Notes: generated from the sequence alone by a model not told the origin. 46,676 nt of DNA from a virus (IMGVR_UViG_3300025519_000053:1-46676); one strand, 5' to 3'; numbered from the stretch's first letter, positions 18,956 through 28,693 are shown. Program-made: numbers and translations.

Positions 18956-19551
18956 AAAACATAATCTTGGATCGTAAGAATACAACTTCATTTGACCCAA
19001 ATTTCAAGGTTCCAAGAGAAGATTTAGAAGAGATTCTTTATTTAGCTGGTAAAGCTCCTTCATCATGGAATCTGCAGCATTGGAAATTTTTTGTTTTTGA
19101 AAGTAAAAGTTCAAAAGAACAGCTCTTACCAATTGCTTACTATCAGAAACAAATTATTGATTCTAGTGCTGTTGTAGCAGTTCTTGCTGACACTGAGGCT
19201 AATCTAAATTTTGACGATGTTTATAATCCTTTAGTTGAAAAAGGATATATCAATGATCTTATTAAAACAAAGATCAAAAGTCAAGTCGAAAGAGCTCATG
19301 AGACTTCTTATGATTCTTTAGAACAAGCTCTTATCAATGCTCCATTAGCAGCAATTACATTAGTTTATGCGGCTGAATCAAAGGGATATAACACTGGAAT
19401 TATTGGTGGATTTGACAAGGAACGATTTAAAGACACATTTGATGTTCCAAAAAATTTGATCCCTATCATGCTTATTCCAATTGGAAAGAGAATAGCTGAA
19501 CCACATTACAGTGAAAGGTTTCCTTTGGATAGAACAACTTTTTGGCTCTAA
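18952..19551 (+). CDS. Nitroreductase-family flavoprotein
   Basis: KAPSSWNLQHWKF, IGGFD, MLIPIGK. Confidence 0.9.
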   Translation: MKNIILDRKNTTSFDPNFKVPREDLEEILYLAGKAPSSWNLQHWKFFVFESKSSKEQLLPIAYYQKQIIDSSAVVAVLADTEANLNFDDVYNPLVEKGYINDLIKTKIKSQVERAHETSYDSLEQALINAPLAAITLVYAAESKGYNTGIIGGFDKERFKDTFDVPKNLIPIMLIPIGKRIAEPHYSERFPLDRTTFWL

Positions 19552-19574
19552 ATAAAAATTTATGCAAAAAATGA

Positions 19575-19601
19575 TTTACATTTTTATTTATATAGATATA
19601 A
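19575..19601 (+). promoter_or_regulatory. Repeated phage promoter
   Basis: TTTACA tttttatttata TAGATATAA. Confidence 0.7.
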
Positions 19602-19666
19602 ATATAATGATGAGTTATTTAATAACTTATATAAAAAATTATTTAATTAGTCGGAGGTTATTTATT

Positions 19667-20656
19667 ATGCCAGTCAATAACAATCTTGAACCTGTAAAAT
19701 TACCAATGGAATTTCGTTTTGGTGAAGAACCAGATTTTGAATTTGTCAATGATTTAGAGAATATTAATGTTACTTTAGTTGACCATACTCCATGGGAAAA
19801 CATTGTTAAATACCTTCCTGGTTATGTAAATGCAACTTGGTCAGATGAACCTGGAAAACATTATGATATGAAACAAACAGCTGATGACATTGAGAAAGCA
19901 TTCACTTTCAAAACTTTGCCTTCAATTTTAGAAACTATTCGTTTAACTTTTCGAATTGAAGGAATTTCAGTTCAAGATGTGACCCATTTAATTCGTCATC
20001 GAACTTTTGCATTCTCTGCTCAATGTACAGGCGATCGTTGGTTAACTCATCATACAGCTGTAGTTCCAGAATCAATTCAAAATTCTCCTGAGTTTTATGA
20101 ACGATACAAAAAATTGACTTATGAGTGCAGGAAATTATACCAAGAAATGATTGACTCTAAGAAAATTTCAATTATGGATGCACGATTAATTCTTAATAAG
20201 AACCATGATAATTTCTACTATGCAAGTTGCAACTTTAAAGATCTTCTTGGATTTATTAAACAACGTATTGATCGACAAATTCAACCAAAATCAGATAATA
20301 TCATTGCATATCAAATGTGGCTGTCAGTATGCAGAGTTTATCCAATTGCACACTTGAATATTATTGATTTTGAAATGCCATCATGGCACTATATTAAAAA
20401 TGCTCGTACAGGCCATGCTACCAATCTTTATTTTCCAGAAGAAAACAGTGACATATTTGAATGGAACGAAAAAGACTTTATCTATCAAGCATATCGTGAA
20501 GATATTAATGGAACTAACCCTCCAGAAGGTCCTACGGTCTTCCAAAAAATGTTTGATGAGTATAAGAAAGAACTTGAATCACTTGCTACTAAATCTAAAA
20601 AATATATGGAAGAACTTCGTGGAGGTAAGTTAAATGATAAAAAGTTTTCAGTATGA
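19667..20656 (+). CDS. thyX: ThyX-like flavin-dependent enzyme, Cys-variant motif
   Basis: LE..TFRIEGIS, HLIRHRTFAFSAQCTGDR and DARLIL motifs. Start set at the ATG after GGAGG. Confidence 0.8.
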   Translation: MPVNNNLEPVKLPMEFRFGEEPDFEFVNDLENINVTLVDHTPWENIVKYLPGYVNATWSDEPGKHYDMKQTADDIEKAFTFKTLPSILETIRLTFRIEGISVQDVTHLIRHRTFAFSAQCTGDRWLTHHTAVVPESIQNSPEFYERYKKLTYECRKLYQEMIDSKKISIMDARLILNKNHDNFYYASCNFKDLLGFIKQRIDRQIQPKSDNIIAYQMWLSVCRVYPIAHLNIIDFEMPSWHYIKNARTGHATNLYFPEENSDIFEWNEKDFIYQAYREDINGTNPPEGPTVFQKMFDEYKKELESLATKSKKYMEELRGGKLNDKKFSV

Positions 20657-21089
20657 TTTACCAGTTGCTGGTGAATTATTAGTTTCAAAAGATACTGAGG
20701 AAATGGTTCTATTTGAGCCATTCCTCTTGATTAATCCAAGAACTGATGATAAGTTTCCATCTTCTGACGAACCATATTATACAGCTTTAGAAATGCAGTT
20801 AAGACATTTATTGTATAAATTTCTTAAAGGATGGATAACAAGTGAACGACAGGTTATCTTTTCAAGTGACGAATGTATTTCTACTGTTCACTTTATTTTT
20901 GATGAACATAAAGAAGTAAAACAAATTAATGTTTTTCAGAGATCTTCTAATCTATTGAATCTTGAAGATGATGTGATGTTTTTTAACTATTTCATCAAAA
21001 AGTATCTTAAACCTGAAAAAGTTGACCTTTCTATTTTTGTGAGCATGCCTCATTTATTCAAGAATAAGAAGAAGAAAGTTGAAGATTGA
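20634..21089 (+). CDS. Minimal thymidylate-synthase/dCMP-hydroxymethylase-fold protein
   Basis: R-Q..., CISTVHF, FQRSSN..EDD and SMPH echo the ThyA C..Q/QRSxD..N/H motifs in only 151 aa. Confidence 0.6.
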   Translation: MIKSFQYDLPVAGELLVSKDTEEMVLFEPFLLINPRTDDKFPSSDEPYYTALEMQLRHLLYKFLKGWITSERQVIFSSDECISTVHFIFDEHKEVKQINVFQRSSNLLNLEDDVMFFNYFIKKYLKPEKVDLSIFVSMPHLFKNKKKKVED

Positions 21090-21090
21090 T

Positions 21091-21160
21091 AGTTATAACT
21101 GATATGATGATATATCTTTTTTAGATATAGCTGTTATAAAAGTCACAAAAGTTATAATGA
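21091..21160. repeat. 9-bp-period TYATRA-like array
   Basis: gTTATAAct gATATGAtg ... gATATAGct gTTATAAaa gTCACAAaa gTTATAAtg. Confidence 0.45.
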
Positions 21161-21240
21161 GAACATATGTACGGTTTTAATATTATGATAATATTCACAA
21201 ATAAGACTGTTTCCAGTCTTATTTTTTTTATTTTATTCCA

Positions 21241-21267
21241 TTTACATCTCCATAAAATCAGATATAA
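21241..21267 (+). promoter_or_regulatory. Repeated phage promoter
   Basis: TTTACA tctccataaaat CAGATATAA, upstream of dnaE. Confidence 0.75.
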
Positions 21268-21305
21268 AAAATATGTGAAAATAAATAAAGAAATGAGGTA
21301 ATAAA

Positions 21306-24300
21306 ATGGCTCAATTACAACCTTTCGGAATTCATAATCATACTGATGCAAGTAATTTCCGACTCAGAGATTGCATAAATCGTCCAGAAGAACTTCTAGA
21401 TTATGCTTTAGAACTTGGTTTGCCAGGTTTATGTATTACCGATCACGAAACATTATCTTCACATGTAAAAGCACATAGATATTTAGAAAGTAATCGAGAC
21501 AAATTCGGTGAATTTTGTCTTGGTTTTGGTAACGAAATATACCTCGTAGATAAAAATGAAGTAGAAGAGAAACGAAAAGTTAATGATAAGATTTCATTCC
21601 ACCATTTTATTTTAATTGCAAAAGATAATAAAGGATATGAAGGTCTTAGAAAGTTATCATCAAGAGCTTGGTACAATTCGTTTTTCTATCGAGGGATGGA
21701 GAGAGTTCCTACTTATAAAAACGAGCTAATGGCTCTTATGGAGGAATATCGAGGACATATTATTGCGACGACAGCGTGTGTAGGAGGAGAATTACCACAA
21801 TTATTAATCAAATATCATGATGAGCCAACCAAGGAAAACAAGTTGAAAGTTCATAATTTTATTGTTTGGTTAAAAGGCGTTTTTGGTGATGATTTATATT
21901 TTGAGTTGCAACCATCCCACAACAGAGACCAAATTGTTGCTAATGAAATGCTTTTAAAAGTCTCAAAAGTATATGGGGTCAAATGTATTGTTTCAACTGA
22001 TGCTCATTATCTAAATCGATCATATGCTCCGGCACATGAGATTTACCTTCGTGCCAGTGAAGGAGAGCGAGAGGTGGCTGAGTTCTATTCAACAACGTAT
22101 GTAATGAACCGAGAAGAATTACTTGAATATTTCGACAAGGAACTTCTTGACGAGCTTATTAGAAACACTCATTTAATCATGGAAAAAATTGAACCAATTA
22201 CTTTTAAGCAAGAAGTGAAAATTCCAAGAGCACATATTCCGGAATTTAAACTTAATCCTTTATTCGAACCATTTTATGACAAATATGAATACATCAAAAA
22301 GTACTCTGAATCTAAATATGAAGTTGATCGTTATTATCTTCACTTAATTGCAGAAGGAATGATCTCAAAAGGTGAAGAATTGAATGAAACAAATTTAAAC
22401 AGAATTAACACTGAACTTAGTGAACTCTATCACATTACTGAAAAACTTAATCAACCAATGTCATCTTACTTTGTTTTAACAAAAGAAGTAGTTGATTTAA
22501 TGTGGGAAGTATCGTTAGTTGGTGTTTCTCGTGGATCGGCAAGTTGCTTCTATTTGAATTACTTATTAGACATTGTTCAAATTAATCCTTTGAAATACAA
22601 CTTACCTCATTGGAGATTTTTGTCACGAGAACGGCCAGAATTCCCTGATATTGATTTGGACACAGAAGGGTCGAAACGACAAGAAATAATTTCTTTAACT
22701 AAGGAAGCTTACGGAGAAGAAAATGTTTTAAACATGGGAACATTCACGACTGAGGGTACTCGATCAACAGTTCTTACTGCTTGTCGTGGATTAGGAATTG
22801 ACAAAGATATTGCCCATAATATTGCAAATTTGATACCTACAGAAAAAGGTGGAATTTGGAGTTTAGATGAATGTTTTAATGGAAACCCAGCTAAAGGTAA
22901 AAAACCAGCTAAAGATTTTATTGCTGAAGTAGAAAAATATGATGGATTAAAAGAAGCAATGTTGTCAATTGAAGGTTTAATTTCGGGTCGTGGTCAACAT
23001 GCTTCAGGAGTTATTATCTTTCCAGATGGATATGTTACTCAAAATGCAATGATGAAAACAACATCTGGTTTGCCTATCACTCAATTTGATATGAACGATT
23101 CTGTTTATATGGGAGCTCTTAAACTTGATTATCTTTCAATCAATGCATTAGACAGAATTAGATCTGCAATAGATCTTCTTCTTGAACATGGGAAAATTGA
23201 ATGGCAAGGAACTTTAAGAGAAACTTATAATAAATATTTCCATCCTGACGTACTTGAAATGGAAGCTCCAGAAATGTGGGATATGTTATTTGAAGGACAT
23301 GTTTTAAATGCTTTCCAATTTGAAACAGCAGTTGGACAACAAGCTTTAATTAAAATAAACCCAAGAAACTTTGAAGAACTATGTGCTGGTAACTCCTTAA
23401 TGAGATTGAGTGTATCAGATGGTGAACAACCAATTGATAAATATATTCGATTTAAGAATGATATTAGCTTGTGGTACAAAGAAATGGATGAAGCTGGTTT
23501 AACTAAAGAAGAACAAAAAGTATTAGAAGATTTACTTCTTGATCGATATGGAATCTGTGATACACAAGAATTTCTCATGCAGCTTGCCATGAGTCCAAAA
23601 ATTTCAGGTTTTACCTTAACACAAGCAAATAAATTTCGTAAAGCTGTCGCTAAGCAAAACAAACAATTAATTGAAGAACAAAAACAAATATTCTATTCTC
23701 AGGGTGAAAAAATCGGAACTCGAAAAGAATTTCTTGATTATGTTTGGAACAAAGAATTAAAACCTCAGTTCGGCTATTCATTTTCACTCCCGCACATTGC
23801 TGGGTATACATTAATTTTGATGATTGAGATGAATATTTGTTATCGATTTGGTCCAGTTTGGTGGAAGACAGCTTGTTTGTCAGTAAATTCTGGTCTACTT
23901 GGTAATAGTTCATCTGGAACAAATTATGGAGCTATTGCTAAAGCAATTGGAGATATGAAAGGTGATATTCTTCCTCCAGATATTAATTTATCAAATATGG
24001 GATTCACTCCATTAGAATCTGAAGGAAAAATCTTGTTTGGATTAAAACCAATTTCTGGTATTGGAGTAGATGATATTGAAGCAATCATACAAAATCGACC
24101 ATTTAAAAGTTTTGAAGATTTTTATGAACGAATGATTAAGACTAAGATTCTTTCAGAGGCTAAAGGTGTAACATTAATTAAATCTGGATGCTTTGATAAA
24201 TTCAATCCAGATAGAAGACAATTAATGATTGAGTATGTAAAATTAGTAACTCCAAAACGAGAAAAACTCACAATGGTTCAATTTCCATTAATTTCTCATT

Positions 24301-25097
24301 TAGTAGATAAAAAGAAATTTTCTAAGGAGTTAGAAATTTATGAATTTAGGCAAAAGATTCAAGGACGAAATAAAGTCCCTATGAATAAAGAAATTGAAGA
24401 TCAATTCATCAAAAACTATTCAGATAAAGTCAAATATGACTTTGTTGATGGACAACTTAAAATTGATGAAAAAAGTTGGAATAAGTTCTATGGAAAAGAA
24501 ATTGAAAAATTGAAAGAGTGGGTCAATTCACCTGAAGCTGCAGAATTATTCAATAAAGTAAAAATGCAAGAATTCTGGAAAAAGAATTGTCGAGGAACAG
24601 TTGAGTCGTGGGAGATGGAAACAAATTTATTCTATTCTGATAAACATGAATTAGATTATATGCCAATTGAAAAGTATTTTAATATTGTAGATTTTGAAAA
24701 ATTGCCAAAAGAGCCAGTTATAACTGGTTATAAAAGTTATAGAGGAAGAAAAATTCCTCAATTCAAAATTGATGTTATAGCAGGGACAGTTGTAGATAAA
24801 AACAAAGGAAAATCTCTAGTTTATGTTTTGACTACCACAGGTGTCGTAACTGTGAGATTTTCAAAAGGACAATTTGCTTATTATAACAAAAAGATAGTTC
24901 GTGTTAACGGTAAAGAAAAACAAGTATTAGATGATAGTTGGTTTAATCGTGGAACTATCTTAGTTCTTGTAGGTTTCCGAAGAGGAAATGAATTTGTCCT
25001 AAGAAAGGCAGGCAGTCAATTTAATCACACAACAATGAAAATACTCGGATACGACAAAGAAAAATTATACCTTCAAATAGAAAAAGTCAAGGAGTAA
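21306..25097 (+). CDS. dnaE: DNA polymerase III alpha subunit (family C)
   Basis: PHP motifs HNHT/TDH/TDAHY, RGSAS, PDIDLD, GQHASG, KLDYL, YSFSLPH. Confidence 0.97.
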   Translation: MAQLQPFGIHNHTDASNFRLRDCINRPEELLDYALELGLPGLCITDHETLSSHVKAHRYLESNRDKFGEFCLGFGNEIYLVDKNEVEEKRKVNDKISFHHFILIAKDNKGYEGLRKLSSRAWYNSFFYRGMERVPTYKNELMALMEEYRGHIIATTACVGGELPQLLIKYHDEPTKENKLKVHNFIVWLKGVFGDDLYFELQPSHNRDQIVANEMLLKVSKVYGVKCIVSTDAHYLNRSYAPAHEIYLRASEGEREVAEFYSTTYVMNREELLEYFDKELLDELIRNTHLIMEKIEPITFKQEVKIPRAHIPEFKLNPLFEPFYDKYEYIKKYSESKYEVDRYYLHLIAEGMISKGEELNETNLNRINTELSELYHITEKLNQPMSSYFVLTKEVVDLMWEVSLVGVSRGSASCFYLNYLLDIVQINPLKYNLPHWRFLSRERPEFPDIDLDTEGSKRQEIISLTKEAYGEENVLNMGTFTTEGTRSTVLTACRGLGIDKDIAHNIANLIPTEKGGIWSLDECFNGNPAKGKKPAKDFIAEVEKYDGLKEAMLSIEGLISGRGQHASGVIIFPDGYVTQNAMMKTTSGLPITQFDMNDSVYMGALKLDYLSINALDRIRSAIDLLLEHGKIEWQGTLRETYNKYFHPDVLEMEAPEMWDMLFEGHVLNAFQFETAVGQQALIKINPRNFEELCAGNSLMRLSVSDGEQPIDKYIRFKNDISLWYKEMDEAGLTKEEQKVLEDLLLDRYGICDTQEFLMQLAMSPKISGFTLTQANKFRKAVAKQNKQLIEEQKQIFYSQGEKIGTRKEFLDYVWNKELKPQFGYSFSLPHIAGYTLILMIEMNICYRFGPVWWKTACLSVNSGLLGNSSSGTNYGAIAKAIGDMKGDILPPDINLSNMGFTPLESEGKILFGLKPISGIGVDDIEAIIQNRPFKSFEDFYERMIKTKILSEAKGVTLIKSGCFDKFNPDRRQLMIEYVKLVTPKREKLTMVQFPLISHLVDKKKFSKELEIYEFRQKIQGRNKVPMNKEIEDQFIKNYSDKVKYDFVDGQLKIDEKSWNKFYGKEIEKLKEWVNSPEAAELFNKVKMQEFWKKNCRGTVESWEMETNLFYSDKHELDYMPIEKYFNIVDFEKLPKEPVITGYKSYRGRKIPQFKIDVIAGTVVDKNKGKSLVYVLTTTGVVTVRFSKGQFAYYNKKIVRVNGKEKQVLDDSWFNRGTILVLVGFRRGNEFVLRKAGSQFNHTTMKILGYDKEKLYLQIEKVKE

Positions 25098-25137
25098 TAT
25101 CTCTAGATTTTTATTTAAAAAAATATGCAATAAATTA

Positions 25138-25164
25138 TTTACATTTTTATTTAAGCAGATATAT
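25138..25164 (+). promoter_or_regulatory. Repeated phage promoter
   Basis: TTTACA tttttatttaag CAGATATAT; its flanks closely resemble the thyX promoter region. Confidence 0.7.
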
Positions 25165-25227
25165 ATAATATGAGTTAAATAAAAAATTATTTAAAAAAAT
25201 ACATTAACCAGGAGGAACTTAACTATT

Positions 25228-25593
25228 ATGTCTCTTCAATTTATGATTGATTCTCAACTTAAATTTCAAAAACATATGGGTTATGATTTAGATTCTATGG
25301 ACTTAAAAGAACGAGCCAAATATATAAAAGAACAATCTCTATGGGCTACTGATGAACTTCATGAAATGATTCATGAAGTTCCGTTTGCTAAAGATTGGTC
25401 CTCAAAGTATTCAGAATGGGAACCAGAAAAGCTCGAAATTCAAATGAAATTATCAAAAGAAGAATATATTGACTTCCTTCATTTTGCTATAAATGTTGGT
25501 CTGGCTCTTGGTTTTCGAAATGAAGAAGAAATTATTAAGATGTATATTTCTAAAAATAAAATCAACTATGAAAGGCAAGAAAATGGATATTAA
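25228..25593 (+). CDS. MazG-like dimeric dUTPase/dCTPase
   Basis: DELHE, KDW, EEYIDFLHF and KNKINYERQENGY, with acidic motifs intact. Confidence 0.85.
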   Translation: MSLQFMIDSQLKFQKHMGYDLDSMDLKERAKYIKEQSLWATDELHEMIHEVPFAKDWSSKYSEWEPEKLEIQMKLSKEEYIDFLHFAINVGLALGFRNEEEIIKMYISKNKINYERQENGY

Positions 25594-25654
25594 AAATCAG
25601 ATTGTTTCTTGTATGTAAATTCTTTTAATTCTTATTGATCGGGGGCATTTAATT

Positions 25655-26266
25655 ATGGGAAAAATGGATGAAATGATTATTGTCGCACCACATTATGAAG
25701 TTTTTGAAAATGAAAAGCTTTCATTCCAAGGAACTCTTCAAGATAAGACAGTAAATAAAATTATTAAAAATATTTCAAATACTTATGAAGTAATGAGGCG
25801 TGGAGATGCTGAGGAAAATGAAAAATTTAAACAACCTATTCCTTATGCTGTTATAAAACGAGGGGATGAAGTATTTGTTTATGAAAGATTAAAAGGAGCA
25901 GGAGAAAAAAGATTGCATAGTAAACTTTCAATTGGTGTTGGTGGTCACATGAATGAAGTTCCAGGAGAAAAAGATTTTAGTAAAGTTCTATACAAGAATC
26001 TTTTACGAGAAATTGAAGAAGAATTGATTATTGACAATAAAGAATTTAAAGTGGCTCCAATTGGACTTATTAATGATGATGAAGATGAAGTTGGACGAGT
26101 TCATATTGGAATATTGGTTTCAATTGAGGTTCCAGAAGGTACGGATGTTCAAGTTCGTGAAACTGAAGAACTTCAAGGGCAATTCCTTCAAATTGAAAAG
26201 TTAAAACAGAGGAAGTTCTATGAAAGATTAGAAAATTGGTCAAAAATTGCTATTGATATTTTATAA
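25655..26266 (+). CDS. NUDIX-like phosphoesterase (YmaB-like)
   Basis: KQPIPY, SIGVGGHM, REIEEEL, GRVHIG, LENWS. Confidence 0.85.
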   Translation: MGKMDEMIIVAPHYEVFENEKLSFQGTLQDKTVNKIIKNISNTYEVMRRGDAEENEKFKQPIPYAVIKRGDEVFVYERLKGAGEKRLHSKLSIGVGGHMNEVPGEKDFSKVLYKNLLREIEEELIIDNKEFKVAPIGLINDDEDEVGRVHIGILVSIEVPEGTDVQVRETEELQGQFLQIEKLKQRKFYERLENWSKIAIDIL

Positions 26267-26316
26267 TCAGGAAGATTTTCTTCCTGATTAATTAATTATT
26301 AATCGGAGGATTGATT

Positions 26317-26604
26317 ATGATTAAAATTACTTACATTTATAAAGAAGATAGTTTAATTGCCCCATTCTTAGATCGACAAATTGATGAAGCCAATTTAGAA
26401 GGTTATGAACTTGAAAAGATAAAACTTGATGATACAGTTGCTGAAAAATATCAACTTGTAAGATGGCATACTATTATTTTTTCAGATAAAAGAGGAAATG
26501 AACTTGTGAGATATAATAAAGCATTTGATTCTAAAACTCTCGAAGATTTATTACATGAAGCAAAAGGAATATTATCAAATAGATTAAAGGGTGTTTTCTT
26601 ATGA
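26317..26604 (+). CDS. Hypothetical protein, possibly Cys-less thioredoxin-like fold
   Basis: GGAGG RBS; AEKYQL...TIIF..GNELVR resembles a thioredoxin C-half but CxxC is absent. Confidence 0.6.
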   Translation: MIKITYIYKEDSLIAPFLDRQIDEANLEGYELEKIKLDDTVAEKYQLVRWHTIIFSDKRGNELVRYNKAFDSKTLEDLLHEAKGILSNRLKGVFL

Positions 26605-27152
26605 TTTATGTCTTATTAGGTCCAACTTGTTCTGGTAAGTCTACAACTCTAAAGCAACTTGTTGATTTTGGTTATGAACCTATTATAACTTATACAACTC
26701 GGCCAAAAAGAAAAAACGAAGTAGATGGAAAAGATTATTATTTTATTTCAGAAAGGCAATTTAACCACTTAGACAAATTCAATTTATTGATAGCAAAAAA
26801 TACATTTAAAAATGCTTTTGGAACAGAATGGCATTATGCTATCAATCGTCAAGATGTTGATTTAACTAAAGATTTGGTAGTAATTGTTGATCCTAAAGGC
26901 TATCGAGATTTAGTTAAAACCTTTGGAAAAGAAAATGTAACAAGTATTTACTTGAATACAAACTATGAAATTAGACTTATTCGTGGATTGAACAGACAAG
27001 ACCAAGTAAATGAGTTGTATAGAAGATTGAATTCTGATGAAGAAGATTTTAAAGGGTTTGAAAAAGAAGCTGATTATATAATTACTGAGATCACCAGAGT
27101 TGGTGTTCTGAATGAAGTTCTAAAAATAATTTATGGAGGTAAGAAAACTTGA
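26601..27152 (+). CDS. Guanylate-kinase-like NMP kinase
   Basis: GPTCSGKS and YTTRPKRKNEVDGKDYYF motifs. Confidence 0.88.
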   Translation: MIYVLLGPTCSGKSTTLKQLVDFGYEPIITYTTRPKRKNEVDGKDYYFISERQFNHLDKFNLLIAKNTFKNAFGTEWHYAINRQDVDLTKDLVVIVDPKGYRDLVKTFGKENVTSIYLNTNYEIRLIRGLNRQDQVNELYRRLNSDEEDFKGFEKEADYIITEITRVGVLNEVLKIIYGGKKT

Positions 27153-27700
27153 AAAAACTAGTACTAACTTCTCCTTTGCCGCCCTCAGTAAATAATTACT
27201 TAAACTATAGAATTTCTAGAAGAGGAAATAAAAGATTTGTTCAAGCTTATCCATCAGAAGAAACAGTCTCTTATAAATCTTTTTTTGTTGATTATGTAAA
27301 AGACCAAATACAAGAACAGAATTGGAAAAGACCTGAAAAAGGAAAACAAGTTTATGTTAAATTAACATTCTTTTTGGATAGGAAAAGAAAAGATGTCAAT
27401 AATCTTCTTAAAGTCCCTTTTGATGCTTTAACTGAGGCTGGAGTTTACTTTGATGACGATATAGCTTTACCTATTGCAAAAAGAATTTATATTGATTCTA
27501 ATAATCCAAGAATTGAAATTGAAATATCTGAAAGTGAAGCTATTGGTGTTTTTGATAATCAAAAAGAATTTGAAAAATTCGTGGAAAATAACTGCAAACT
27601 TTGTAAAAAAGATGAAAATAAATGCACAATATTGAAAAGATTATTAGATAATAGAATTATTCCAGAAGTAGAAAATGGAGTTTGCACCAAAAAGAAATAG
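27149..27700 (+). CDS. rusA: RusA-family Holliday junction resolvase with a C-terminal Cys cluster
   Basis: PPSVNNY and KDVNNLLK..DAL...DDD motifs. Confidence 0.85.
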   Translation: MKKLVLTSPLPPSVNNYLNYRISRRGNKRFVQAYPSEETVSYKSFFVDYVKDQIQEQNWKRPEKGKQVYVKLTFFLDRKRKDVNNLLKVPFDALTEAGVYFDDDIALPIAKRIYIDSNNPRIEIEISESEAIGVFDNQKEFEKFVENNCKLCKKDENKCTILKRLLDNRIIPEVENGVCTKKK

Positions 27701-28294
27701 CGAAAGATAAATGTCAGTATATAGTGATTTATTTACCAATAATCATTATATGCTGATATTTTTTTATAAATTGATGATAAATAATATGAAAGAAAAACAA
27801 AAACTAATAGTTAAATAGTAAAATTTTGTCTTTTTTAACTTAATTGACAATCTTTGTATCTCCATAATTTATTCATAAATTTATATAAAAAAAGTCTAGG
27901 AATAATTTGTCTTCTTTGGTATAATATCTTTTGCTTCTTATTTCTTCACTATAATAATCATGTTTATATCATGATCTTTTATCTTTTTCTTTCCTATTTT
28001 AACTATTCTTTAAGTTCTTAAGTTAATTAAAAGCCTTTAAAAATTGTGGCTATTTTGCTAGTTTATTAGTAAAATTTTCACAGGAGGTTTGTCACAGATC
28101 TCAATAAAAACATGTATAATAATTTTTTTAAAACGTGGAAGATGGTTTGGTTATTCTTAGTCATATCTTGAATATTATGAAAAAATCAAATAGAAGAAGG
28201 TTGATCTCATAAATCCAGTTGTTTATTGACAAATTTGTTGAAAATGAAAAAATTCAAAAAATGCAAAAAATGCAAAAAAGTTGTAAAAAAACTA

Positions 28295-28323
28295 TTTACG
28301 CGAACATACATTCGATATATAAT
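28295..28323 (+). promoter_or_regulatory. SigA-type promoter with phased A-tract UP region
   Basis: TTTACG-N17-TATAAT preceded by repeated (T)GCAAAAAA. Confidence 0.7.
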
Positions 28324-28368
28324 AATAATAGAGAGAGAAATAAAGAATAAAAATTGGAGGTAATAAGA

Positions 28369-28548
28369 ATGAACAAATTGATTATGGATGTCGTATTAGA
28401 GGCTTGAAAAGAGAAGGAGATCGAATTAGATGCTAGTTCTTTAGAGGATTTCGAAATGTATGATGAAGAAAAATTGAATGAAGAACTAAAAAATTTAATA
28501 AAAGAACAATATCCTGAATTATGGCCAATCAAAAAGTTCTACTTATAA
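28369..28548 (+). pseudogene. Paralog of 30759-30938 with an in-frame TGA at codon 13
   Basis: MNKLIMDVVLEA*KEKEIELD...IKEQYPELWPIKKFYL; the intact copy has GGA at this codon. Confidence 0.75.
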
Positions 28549-28549
28549 A

Positions 28550-28580
28550 ATAAGAAGAGCTTCGGCTCTTCTTATTTTTA
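28550..28580 (+). terminator. UUCG-loop terminator (duplicated at 30942)
   Basis: GAAGAGC TTCG GCTCTTC followed by a T run. Confidence 0.85.
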
Positions 28581-28628
28581 TTTTATACATATGAAATCTA
28601 TATCATAAAAAATTTTTTTGAAATTCGA

Positions 28629-28655
28629 TTTACACTTTCCAATTTTCAGATATAA
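28629..28655 (+). promoter_or_regulatory. Repeated phage promoter upstream of the sigma factor
   Basis: TTTACA ctttccaatttt CAGATATAA. Confidence 0.75.
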
Positions 28656-28693
28656 AAACTATATAAAACAAAATTAAATCGGAGGAATGGAAC

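Noticed and set aside
3621-19700. Shared N-terminal NLEPVK (AATCTTGAACCTGT) in the AAA ATPase and the ThyX-like protein
   Set aside because: Only two short occurrences with no supporting structure; could be coincidence.
4764-25097. Inteins or group I introns in nrdA, nrdB, the helicase or dnaE
   Set aside because: The ORFs are continuous, of ordinary length, and lack splice motifs.
27760-28240. Long AT-rich gap as an origin, parC or ncRNA
   Set aside because: No clear iteron array or stable structure. Broken minus-strand reading frames hint at a decayed gene, but I cannot support a call.
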